This document shows positions 8,317-15,425 of a stretch of DNA of 15,425 nucleotides, piece by piece. The notes under the pieces were generated by a model. That model did no database searches, was not told the origin of the DNA, and worked only from the letters and a program-made list of their open reading frames with translations. The stretch comes from an uncultured Pirellulaceae bacterium. GTDB lineage: Bacteria > Planctomycetota > Planctomycetia > Pirellulales > Pirellulaceae. Position 1 is the first letter of the stretch; each line of letters starts with the position of its first letter. The stretch spans positions 1 to 15,425 of the forward strand of contig CAZITS010000037.1 in assembly GCA_964542185.1 (NCBI GenBank), given 5' to 3'. Made by a program: the position numbers and the translations under genes.

Positions 8317-9126
8317 ATGGCCATTCAAGTTACCTGCCCTGGTTGCAAAAAACGGTTTGAAGTCAGCGATAAGTTTGCCGGACAAGAAGGACCTTGTCCC
8401 AGCCCAAATTGCAAAACCAAGATCAAAATTCCCGCTGCAGGCGAGTCCGTCGTAGTCCATGCCCCGGAAACCTACGGGCCAAAAGGAGCCACCGGCAAGG
8501 CGATTCTCAAGCCAATTACCCGAAAAGAAATACGCTTTTCACCTCTACTCGCAGGGGGAATCGGCCTGTCGATCCTGCTCGTGTTTGGTGCTGCAATCGC
8601 GGTCAGATTGTCCGACAGCCCACTCTCTTCCCCCCTGCTGCTACTCGGTTCTCTGATTCTTGCGCCGGTACTCGGCTTGGCGGGATATGTCGTGCTTCGT
8701 GACAACGAGCTGGAACCCTTCCGCGGCAAGGAACTGATGCTCCGCATGCTCCCAAGCATCTTTGTGTTCCCACTCCTCTGGATCGTTTATTTCATCGTGC
8801 CTGGCTATGTCGGGCTCGACCAGACCGGGATCGGATACATTGTCGTGATGCTTCCCATCACACTGGCAATCGGCGGCTTTGCCAGCCACTGTGGGCTGGA
8901 CTTGGACTACATGTCTTCGGCAATACACTACGGATTGTACCTGGCGGTTACGGCGGCTCTCTGCTTTGTCATGAATGTCGATGTCGTCAACATTCAGACA
9001 GCAAACCCAACCCCTTCGACACCTCAAGCCGATCTACGCACCAAGAAAACCGTGGAACCCGTAGAAGGGCAATTCAGGCGAAAAAAGAAAACTGTCCAAC
9101 CCGAGTCTCAACCGTCAGCCAAATAA
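8317..9126 (+). CDS. Zinc-ribbon (MJ0042-type) polytopic membrane protein of unknown function
   Basis: ATG at 8317. N-terminal CPGC-x17-CPSPNC (MAIQVTCPGCKKRFEVSDKFAGQEGPCPSPNCKTKIKIP). About five predicted TM helices follow (LLAGGIGLSILLVFGAAIAV, LLLLGSLILAPVLGLAGYVVL, MLPSIFVFPLLWIVYFIV, IGYIVVMLPITLAIGGFA, LYLAVTAALCFVM). The tail is Lys/Arg-rich. The stop is 11 nt before the next ATG. Confidence 0.7.
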   Translation: MAIQVTCPGCKKRFEVSDKFAGQEGPCPSPNCKTKIKIPAAGESVVVHAPETYGPKGATGKAILKPITRKEIRFSPLLAGGIGLSILLVFGAAIAVRLSDSPLSSPLLLLGSLILAPVLGLAGYVVLRDNELEPFRGKELMLRMLPSIFVFPLLWIVYFIVPGYVGLDQTGIGYIVVMLPITLAIGGFASHCGLDLDYMSSAIHYGLYLAVTAALCFVMNVDVVNIQTANPTPSTPQADLRTKKTVEPVEGQFRRKKKTVQPESQPSAK

Positions 9127-9137
9127 TCTGAACGACC

Positions 9138-10469
9138 ATGGCAGCTTTGTTGGACATCCCGGAGATTCGGGGACTTGACGCGCGGGGAAACCAAATCCGG
9201 ATTCCGCAAGAAGTCGACATCCCTCTCACGCCCAGGGTGCGTCGCCTGATCGACACCGAGGCCTTTCAAAGGCTGACGCGCATCAGTCAACTGGGGCTTG
9301 TTTCACTCGTCTATCCGGCAGCACACCACACACGATTTGAACATTCTCTTGGTGTTTACCGAGTTGCACTGTTGTTTCTCAAACAACTTTCTTTCGACAG
9401 CCGCTTCTCGGAGGCTGTCTCCACAGTCGATGCCGAAAAGCTGATTGTCGCGGCCTTGCTCCACGATGTAGGACACTGGCCTTTTTGTCACCCGATTGAA
9501 GACATGCAACTACAGGAAGTGCCGGATCACGAGGAGCTCTCGCGACGTTTCCTGTCTTCTCCGGAAGTCGCAACAGCCCTTCATGAAGACTGGAATATCG
9601 ACGCTAAAGAAATCGTCTCGCTGCTGTGCAATAAATCCACAGACAGCCACACACGTCTACTACAAAGTTTGCTGTCTGGCCCTATCGACATCGACAAGAT
9701 GGACTATCTTGCCAGAGACAGCCTCCACGCAGGTGTTCCCTACGGTCGAAACTTCGACCAACAACGCCTCATTGGGAGCCTCTGTCTAAACCGTTCCGGA
9801 GATGGATTGGCGATCACCGAAAAAGGACGCACGGCCGCCGAGATGATGGTTTTCGCTCGCTATGTGATGTTCAGCGAGGTCTATTGGCACCACGCGGTCC
9901 GTTCCGCTACGGCGATGCTACAACGAGCTTTCTACCTGTTACGTGAGCAGGTCTCTCTCGATTCGCTGTTCGAACTGACAGAGCAGCCGATGATCTCGCA
10001 ATTACGTGACGTCGCAGGAACCAGCAATGCCGGCGAGCTACTTGCCGGCTTATTCGGTAGATCACGGCGTCTCTACAAACGCCTGGCGCAGTTTAGTTAT
10101 TTTCAGGAACGAACAACTTACCAGAAATTGGCTCGCAAACCGTATCCTTGGCTGGTCGACTGCGCGGCTGCGCTGGCTGATCGCTGCGCACATACTCTGG
10201 GGCAAACCGTCGCCGCAGAGGAAATCCTGATTGATGCCCCACCCATCAAACTCGAAGTCGAATTCAATGTCGATGTCTATTTCGCAAACGAAGGCTGCTA
10301 CCGTTCATTGGGCGAAGTCTCTCCTGTCGTCCAGACATTAGCACGCAAACAATTCGACGACTATGTCAAACGTGTTCGTATCTTTGTCCACCCCGACCGA
10401 CGAGAAGCCTTAGCTTCCCTGGACAATTTTCACGAACTGGTCCATGCGGCTGCAGCCGATCTGGACTGA
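9138..10469 (+). CDS. HD-domain dNTP triphosphohydrolase-like protein (SAMHD1 / Dgt-like family)
   Basis: ATG at 9138. Colinear with SAMHD1 motifs: FQRLTRISQLG, HTRFEHSLGV (metal His), LLHDVGHWPFCH (HD at 9462..9467) and DIDKMDYLARDSLHAGVPYG (compare DVDKWDYFARDCHHLG). A helical C-terminal half follows, as in dNTPase oligomerisation regions. Confidence 0.8.
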   Translation: MAALLDIPEIRGLDARGNQIRIPQEVDIPLTPRVRRLIDTEAFQRLTRISQLGLVSLVYPAAHHTRFEHSLGVYRVALLFLKQLSFDSRFSEAVSTVDAEKLIVAALLHDVGHWPFCHPIEDMQLQEVPDHEELSRRFLSSPEVATALHEDWNIDAKEIVSLLCNKSTDSHTRLLQSLLSGPIDIDKMDYLARDSLHAGVPYGRNFDQQRLIGSLCLNRSGDGLAITEKGRTAAEMMVFARYVMFSEVYWHHAVRSATAMLQRAFYLLREQVSLDSLFELTEQPMISQLRDVAGTSNAGELLAGLFGRSRRLYKRLAQFSYFQERTTYQKLARKPYPWLVDCAAALADRCAHTLGQTVAAEEILIDAPPIKLEVEFNVDVYFANEGCYRSLGEVSPVVQTLARKQFDDYVKRVRIFVHPDRREALASLDNFHELVHAAAADLD

Positions 10470-10513
10470 AATCAACCGCCCGCTCCACGCCTCGGAAATC
10501 CCTGCAGTAACAC

Positions 10514-10540
10514 CAGCTGCTGCTATTCCGCAGCAGTCTG
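10514..10540 (+). terminator. GC-rich hairpin (cag-ctgctgc-tattcc-gcagcag-t-ctg) in the convergent intergenic region; the U-tract is weak
   Basis: Perfect 7-bp stem plus 3 further bp with one bulge, 45 nt after the HD-gene stop. It lies between convergent genes. It is followed by tctgtaaaat, which is not a strong T-run, so it may simply be an RNA-stability hairpin. Confidence 0.25.
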
Positions 10541-10648
10541 TAAAATGGGTGCCTTCCGTTTCAGGTGGTATTCCAAGTGCCCTGCCATTGACTCACCAGA
10601 TGACAGCACGGAGTCGTGGCACATTCCCAGGCTGTCCCCAAACCCACC

Positions 10649-13600
10649 TCAGCGACGCGTGTCCGGTGTGAGAGATACATTATCCAGCCCCATTACTTCG
10701 CTGGCATTACTAAACCCCTCGACACGTATCAGCACACGTTGCACATCTGACAAAATCTCGGCCCACTGTCGTGGTTGCACACGAAAAGTTTCGTGCGACA
10801 GGCGGAGCTGGTAACGCGTCCAGTCAGATCCAGGCACAACTTGCCCTGGACTCGCTGCATCAGCGCTGACGGTCCGCCCTGCCCCGGTAATTTCAATCAA
10901 CCCGAAGTCCTTGTGAGGTGCCCCCGCCTGGGCATCGACGGTCCTCGCATCAAAGGAAATAACACCACCCAGAAAACCACTCAAATCACCAATCCACGTC
11001 TTCGGAAATACGACCGCCATCCTACCCGCCTGGACATCTTGCAACTGCAACCATCCCCCGGGATTACCGCCCGTCGGCATGTGCCTGGGCTGCGTCTGCG
11101 CACCGTTATCCGTGAGCTGCCATTCAGCCCCGGAACCTGCAAACCCAATACGTTTCCCTTGCAATGACGAAAGATCGTTATGCAATGACTCGGAAGGCTT
11201 GGACTGCAAAAAGGCAAAGAGATCTCGGACCTCTGCGGGTTTCATTTCCGCGAACTGCTTTTCGGGCATCAATGACTGGGGCCCGTCCTGTAATTTTTCA
11301 ATCGAATCGCGTGCAATGACTGAACGGTTGTTTTTCGCGTCGAGAACCGTAATGGTCTTTTCCGATTGCTCAACGATACGCCCCGTCAGCACGTTGCCAT
11401 CAACGGTCACCACAATCACGGTTTGATACGCAGGCCGAATAACTGCGTTTGGATCAACCGTATGCAACAACAAATAGACGAGTTCATGCCGTGGATAGGG
11501 AGTCAGGTCTGGTCCAATCACTCCTCCGGAACCATGCAATCGATGACACTTTCCACACGTTTTGTCGAACAGCATCTTCCCTTGCAACTGATCCCCTGCA
11601 CCGCTCTGAACGATCTTCCCCAATTCCAACATCCGCAGACGTTTCGATTCAGGTGTCTGCAAACGAAATTTGCCCCAGTGCTTTTCCACGAGGTCACGAA
11701 TTTCCGGAATATTGTGCTGTAACAATAAAGGCAATTCCTGATAAGGAACTCCAACGGCCGCTAATTTTCCTCCATCAATGTCGCGCAACAGCGACAACGA
11801 CCAGGACGCACGACGGTAGAGCATCTGCCTCGCTTTTTCCCGCAAAACCAGATTCATACTGGCATACCGGTCCAATATCGCACGGCCAGGCGACTCCCCG
11901 GCATACATTGCAATCGCGGAAAGCGCGGCTGCCTGCAGTACCTCCGCTTCATCAGGTGCCAGCAAAGACGTCAGACTATTCAACGCAGCGGGATTCCTGG
12001 AAGCTCCCACAGCCTGAACTAATGATTGTCGATCCGCCAGAGGCACATCCGGCTGGACAATACGGTTGAGTGCTTCCTGAAAAGCTGCGTTATTTCCCAT
12101 TCGTAGCGAGAACACGACCAATGGAACAGGGTGATCAGATGCCTCCCAGAGCCGCGCAATTTGCTGCTCTAACGCAGCTGGCCATTGCCGCTGCTTGAGA
12201 CCTTGTAATTGCTGCTCCATGCCTTCGATGATGCGGTCCAAATCAGGAGCAGTCGGTGCCAATGACAAAAGTTGGGCGCAGTAACCAAATCCCTCTTCAC
12301 CGCCCAACGCAGCGTAGCGACGGGCCAAACGGGGAACAATCACGTCACGTACTATCTGCAACTGCCAGAATTCTGGGTTGCGTAGCCAGTCCTGAAGCAA
12401 GCGGCCATGCGTCACCGCTTTCGATTCAACAGCCCACCACAGTAACATTGGCAAGTAGGGGTCCGCGTGGGCATCATCCGCGCGCACGAGTTCTTTGACA
12501 ATCGCCAGGCAATCTGTTCCTGGCAGACGTTTGGCAGTACAAGCCAGCTGACTACGCACCAACAAGCTCGAATCCGTCCTGGCCAAATCAACGCACTGAG
12601 CAAGTACAGCAGGTGAAACACTCCCTTGGTCACCCAGCAAACGTACGGTCCATGCACGTACGGCAGCAGCCCAGTGCGTCAAGCCACTGCTGACAAGCTC
12701 TCGGTCCTCGACCAGACCGACGCAGTGGTTTAAGGCCCATAACAAGTGCAATGCTTCAGTTTCATCTGCTGAGGACACAAACCGGCGTTTCAATTCATCT
12801 GCGACCAGAGGATCAGCACGCTCACTTAAATGCTCTAGTGTTTGCCGCACGCGGGCAATGTTCACATCGCGCAGCTTCTCAACCAGTGGCGTGCTGTCAG
12901 AGCCCCGCAAAGTGTGGTTTTTTTTTGAGTCCCGCTGGGCCGTAATCCGATAAATTCTTCCCCGCTGGGAATCGAAGTTCTCACGATTACGGTATGTCAT
13001 CTGGTAGTTGATATTGCCGTCGTACCAATCGGCCACCAGTAACGACCCATCAACATCCAGTACCAGGTCCACCGGCTGAAACCACGTATCGTCGCTCCAC
13101 ATCACGCGTTCATGAAAGTGGGTGCTGAACGTCGATCCGTGCGGCCGCAGCTCAATCGAGTATAAAGCGTGATTGAGCGGATTTGCCGTGAGATACTTGC
13201 CGTGAAAACGTTGGGGCCACTGCATCGCCTGATAGAACACGCCTCCCACACTCAGTTTGCCAATCGCCGCACCGTGGTGAGGCATATGGGGAAAATAGCC
13301 AAAAGCATGTGGATTGTGCAGTGCTCCGTGCTTCCCAAAAATCTTGACGTGGTAAGCACCCTGCATCTGATGGAGTCCCGGAATCCCCCAGTTGGTGCCC
13401 GCAATCGCATTGCCAACGCGATCAAAATCCAGCCCATACGTATTACCCCCACCTTCGGAGAACAACTCGAATCGATCATCGCGTGGGTGGTAACGCCAAA
13501 TACCCTGCTGAAAGCGAATGCCGCGAACATTGGCGTTGACTGTGCTTCCGTGAGCCCCGTAGAGCCAGCCATCTGGGCCCCATTGCAGCGAATTGGCAAC

Positions 13601-14191
13601 AGAATGTGCATCATCCAAACCAAAGCCGACAAGGCGCACTTCGGGATCAGCGTCCGGACGATCGTCTTGATCATGATCCGGGTAAAAAAGTAGATAAGGT
13701 GACTGCAGCACCCAGACCCCACCATGCCCTAACGCCAGGCCAGATGCCAGATTTAATCCAGAGACAAAATCCCGTGCCTTATCGGCTTGCCCGTCCTGGT
13801 CCGTGTCTTCAAGAATCGTCACTCGATCTGCACCACGCGGACCGTGCGGTGGCGGCTCAGGGACCCGGTCATAACGGATCCGGTCATAACGGTCACCAGA
13901 AATCTTCTTGAGTCCTGCGGGCTCTGGATATTGAAGGTACTGAATGACCCAGACGCGCCCGCGTCGGTCAACCGTCATTGTCACAGGTTGCCGCACGAGT
14001 GGTTCAGCGGCAAACAACTGTAACTCCAGGCCTTGCGCCACGTGCAGCTTGGACATTGCACGAACCGCACCACGTTCGTCGTCAGCGCAGGCGACTCGTT
14101 CCGAATTCATGAAACCGAGGCAGCCACCCCCTGACAACACGACGATCAAGAGAGCTTCACGTAACGCCGACCTCTCAGCACGACTCATCAT
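10649..14191 (-). CDS. Large PVC-type heme-binding CxxCH protein (dehydrogenase-like beta-propeller + HEAT repeats + cytochrome c) with an additional C-terminal domain of ~190 aa
   Basis: ATG at 14191. N-terminal signal/TM (LLIVVLSGGGCLG). Propeller motifs parallel the 846-aa paralog (GVWVLQSPYLLFY, WGPDGWLYGAHGS, DWYDGNINYQ). A long helical-repeat region follows. Heme site CGKCH at 11543..11557, followed by GPDLT and an LMPE tail. After that comes an extra beta-rich domain (10649..~11230) ending ...LIRVEGFSNASEVMGLDNVSL. Confidence 0.85.
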   Translation of the reverse strand: MMSRAERSALREALLIVVLSGGGCLGFMNSERVACADDERGAVRAMSKLHVAQGLELQLFAAEPLVRQPVTMTVDRRGRVWVIQYLQYPEPAGLKKISGDRYDRIRYDRVPEPPPHGPRGADRVTILEDTDQDGQADKARDFVSGLNLASGLALGHGGVWVLQSPYLLFYPDHDQDDRPDADPEVRLVGFGLDDAHSVANSLQWGPDGWLYGAHGSTVNANVRGIRFQQGIWRYHPRDDRFELFSEGGGNTYGLDFDRVGNAIAGTNWGIPGLHQMQGAYHVKIFGKHGALHNPHAFGYFPHMPHHGAAIGKLSVGGVFYQAMQWPQRFHGKYLTANPLNHALYSIELRPHGSTFSTHFHERVMWSDDTWFQPVDLVLDVDGSLLVADWYDGNINYQMTYRNRENFDSQRGRIYRITAQRDSKKNHTLRGSDSTPLVEKLRDVNIARVRQTLEHLSERADPLVADELKRRFVSSADETEALHLLWALNHCVGLVEDRELVSSGLTHWAAAVRAWTVRLLGDQGSVSPAVLAQCVDLARTDSSLLVRSQLACTAKRLPGTDCLAIVKELVRADDAHADPYLPMLLWWAVESKAVTHGRLLQDWLRNPEFWQLQIVRDVIVPRLARRYAALGGEEGFGYCAQLLSLAPTAPDLDRIIEGMEQQLQGLKQRQWPAALEQQIARLWEASDHPVPLVVFSLRMGNNAAFQEALNRIVQPDVPLADRQSLVQAVGASRNPAALNSLTSLLAPDEAEVLQAAALSAIAMYAGESPGRAILDRYASMNLVLREKARQMLYRRASWSLSLLRDIDGGKLAAVGVPYQELPLLLQHNIPEIRDLVEKHWGKFRLQTPESKRLRMLELGKIVQSGAGDQLQGKMLFDKTCGKCHRLHGSGGVIGPDLTPYPRHELVYLLLHTVDPNAVIRPAYQTVIVVTVDGNVLTGRIVEQSEKTITVLDAKNNRSVIARDSIEKLQDGPQSLMPEKQFAEMKPAEVRDLFAFLQSKPSESLHNDLSSLQGKRIGFAGSGAEWQLTDNGAQTQPRHMPTGGNPGGWLQLQDVQAGRMAVVFPKTWIGDLSGFLGGVISFDARTVDAQAGAPHKDFGLIEITGAGRTVSADAASPGQVVPGSDWTRYQLRLSHETFRVQPRQWAEILSDVQRVLIRVEGFSNASEVMGLDNVSLTPDTRR
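11543..11557 (-). other. Heme c attachment motif CGKCH
   Basis: The reverse complement of atgacactttccaca encodes C-G-K-C-H, in frame with CDS 10649..14191. Confidence 0.8.
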
Positions 14192-14249
14192 CAGACAACA
14201 ACCTCTTCCAGCATGGTTTCACTCACCTCGAAAACGCAAAGCCTGCGAA

Positions 14250-15041
14250 CTAGATCCACTGCAAAGGATCTGCCTCTTCCTGACTGGCCCACACGACCAA
14301 CTCTGGAAAATGACGCCCTAGCGACTCGGCGAGTGATTCGACGGCAAATCGCTCACTAGCATAATGCCCCGGTAACAACATCGCGACCTGGTCTGCTGCG
14401 GACGCCAGACAGGTGTGAAAGCTGGTTTCGCCCGTTATCAGCAAGTCACAGTGATGTTGTTGTGCGGACTCAAGAAACTGACCTGCGCTGCCACACGCTA
14501 CGGCTACCCGCTGAATTGGCTGTGAAGGCGCCCCCACCATATGGAGTCCTTCAATCTTGAGAAACTGCTTCAGCCGCGCTCCCACTTCGACCAAGGCGAG
14601 CGACTCGGCCAACTCTCCCCAGCGTCCAGCACCCAGGCCATCAGGGTCATTCTCAATCGGTTCCAGCGGTTGAATCCGAAGTAATCCGAGCCCCTCAGCG
14701 AGACGTTGATTGATCCCGTCGCGCGCAGAATCGAATGCCGTATGGGGACTGTAGACCGCGATCCCCGCATCAATCAGTAACAACAATAACCGACCGGTCG
14801 TCTCTTCCGTCGTCAATCGCTTCAGGGGGCGAAATGGGATGGGATGATGGGACACAATCAGCTCAACTTGCTGATCGATTGCTTCCTGCACACTCTCTGG
14901 TGTTACGGTCAGACAGGTCATAATCCGCTTGACAGGACGTTTCCGGTCACCGACCAGTAAGCCGACATTATCCCACTCTTCAGCCAGATGATGGGGCGCT
15001 AACGACCGTAGCACCCCACTCACATCATCAATTGTGGACAT
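14250..15041 (-). CDS. Nif3-family dinuclear metal centre protein (YqfO/YbgI-like; 'GTP cyclohydrolase 1 type 2' homologue)
   Basis: The track ORF begins at TTG 15092; the in-frame ATG at 15041 gives MSTIDDVSGVL.... Nif3 hallmarks: LAEEWDNVGLLVG, ELIVSHHPIPFRP, VYSPHTAFDSARDGIN and the C-terminal HYASERFAVE. The stop is 58 nt upstream of the large heme-protein ATG on the same strand. Confidence 0.8.
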   Translation of the reverse strand: MSTIDDVSGVLRSLAPHHLAEEWDNVGLLVGDRKRPVKRIMTCLTVTPESVQEAIDQQVELIVSHHPIPFRPLKRLTTEETTGRLLLLLIDAGIAVYSPHTAFDSARDGINQRLAEGLGLLRIQPLEPIENDPDGLGAGRWGELAESLALVEVGARLKQFLKIEGLHMVGAPSQPIQRVAVACGSAGQFLESAQQHHCDLLITGETSFHTCLASAADQVAMLLPGHYASERFAVESLAESLGRHFPELVVWASQEEADPLQWI

Positions 15042-15142
15042 ATCGCTACCCGTAGCCCTGACAGCACATTTTTCTGGCGCCACGTTCTTCAAAAACCCGA
15101 TACCCGACGCCCGATCTTACTTCGACCAATACGCACAGTACC

Positions 15143-15180
15143 AAAAAAAAGGGCCGCTCGATGCTCTGATCCAGCGGCCC
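15143..15180 (-). terminator. Rho-independent terminator on the minus strand (stem GGGCCGCT / AGCGGCCC followed by T8)
   Basis: The plus strand reads aaaaaaaa-gggccgct-cgatgctctgatcc-agcggccc. The minus strand therefore reads GGGCCGCT...AGCGGCCC followed by TTTTTTTT. The inner gat/atc can pair to tighten the loop. It sits 134 nt downstream of the partial - strand CDS that ends at 15314. Confidence 0.55.
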
Positions 15181-15313
15181 ATGCAGATGCTCTTGAAAAG
15201 CGACACGCAGCATTTATCACGGGCGCGTTACCCAGTGACAAATTCAAGCGGTAGAAACGAAGCGAGCTAGCGTCCCGTGATGTTCACACCAGCGCCGCAG
15301 CCCAGTTTCTCCA

Positions 15314-15425
15314 TTACGCAAATAATTCCTCGATCACTTTTCCACCATTGGCAATCTTCATTGGACGTCCAGTGGGGGTAGTAAATGTCGTCTCCAGCGG
15401 AATTCCCAACGCTTTGACAACACTC
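15314..15425 (-). CDS. 3' end (last 36 codons plus stop) of a gene whose start lies beyond the window edge; product not identified
   Basis: Minus-strand frame from 15424 reads [36 protein letters not shown] then TAA (15314..15316). Its composition is far more protein-like than the other two frames. Too short to appear in the ORF track. The terminator at 15143..15180 follows. Confidence 0.35.
   Translation of the reverse strand, partial: SVVKALGIPLETTFTTPTGRPMKIANGGKVIEELFA

Noticed and set aside
8183-8455. + strand 90-aa ORF spanning the divergent intergenic region and the start of the Zn-ribbon gene
   Set aside because: It is out of frame with the clearly structured Zn-ribbon/TM protein, which has a proper ATG at 8317, and has no recognisable features.
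15034-15270. + strand 78-aa ORF overlapping the nif3 start and the terminator
   Set aside because: It begins inside nif3 on the antisense strand, runs through a terminator hairpin, and has poor composition.
1-15425. Mobile elements, integrases, tRNA or rRNA genes
   Set aside because: No transposase- or integrase-like ORFs, no terminal inverted repeats, and no tRNA-like cloverleaf-sized conserved segments were noticed. The composition is uniform across the window.

Overview
A roughly 55% GC bacterial chromosomal segment whose gene content points to a Planctomycetota/Verrucomicrobiota-type (PVC) organism. It carries two paralogous PVC-type dehydrogenase-HEAT-cytochrome c (CxxCH) proteins, a secreted ThuA-domain protein, and mostly SD-poor starts. 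Ten complete CDS and one 3' fragment are supported. On the + strand: a small coiled-coil protein, then a YdjI-type SPFH/band-7 protein with a Met/Gln/Pro/Gly-rich repeat linker and an extra C-terminal globular domain. On the - strand: a ThiE thiamine-phosphate synthase with a long N-terminal extension, an acidic hypothetical protein, the 846-aa PVC heme protein, and ThuA. On the + strand: an MJ0042-type zinc-ribbon polytopic membrane protein, followed 11 nt later by a SAMHD1-like HD-domain dNTP triphosphohydrolase. On the - strand: a 1180-aa PVC heme protein with an extra C-terminal domain, a Nif3-family protein, a clean intrinsic terminator, and the C-terminal 36 codons of a gene running off the window. 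No rRNA, tRNA, CRISPR, transposase or integrase is visible. The two most unusual candidates for undescribed modules are the coiled-coil + SPFH-linker-YbjN-like pair (308..2538) and the Zn-ribbon membrane protein + HD dNTPase pair (8317..10469). Both are inferences from domain architecture and gene adjacency, not demonstrated systems. All functional calls rest on motif and pattern recognition by eye, since no database search could be run.
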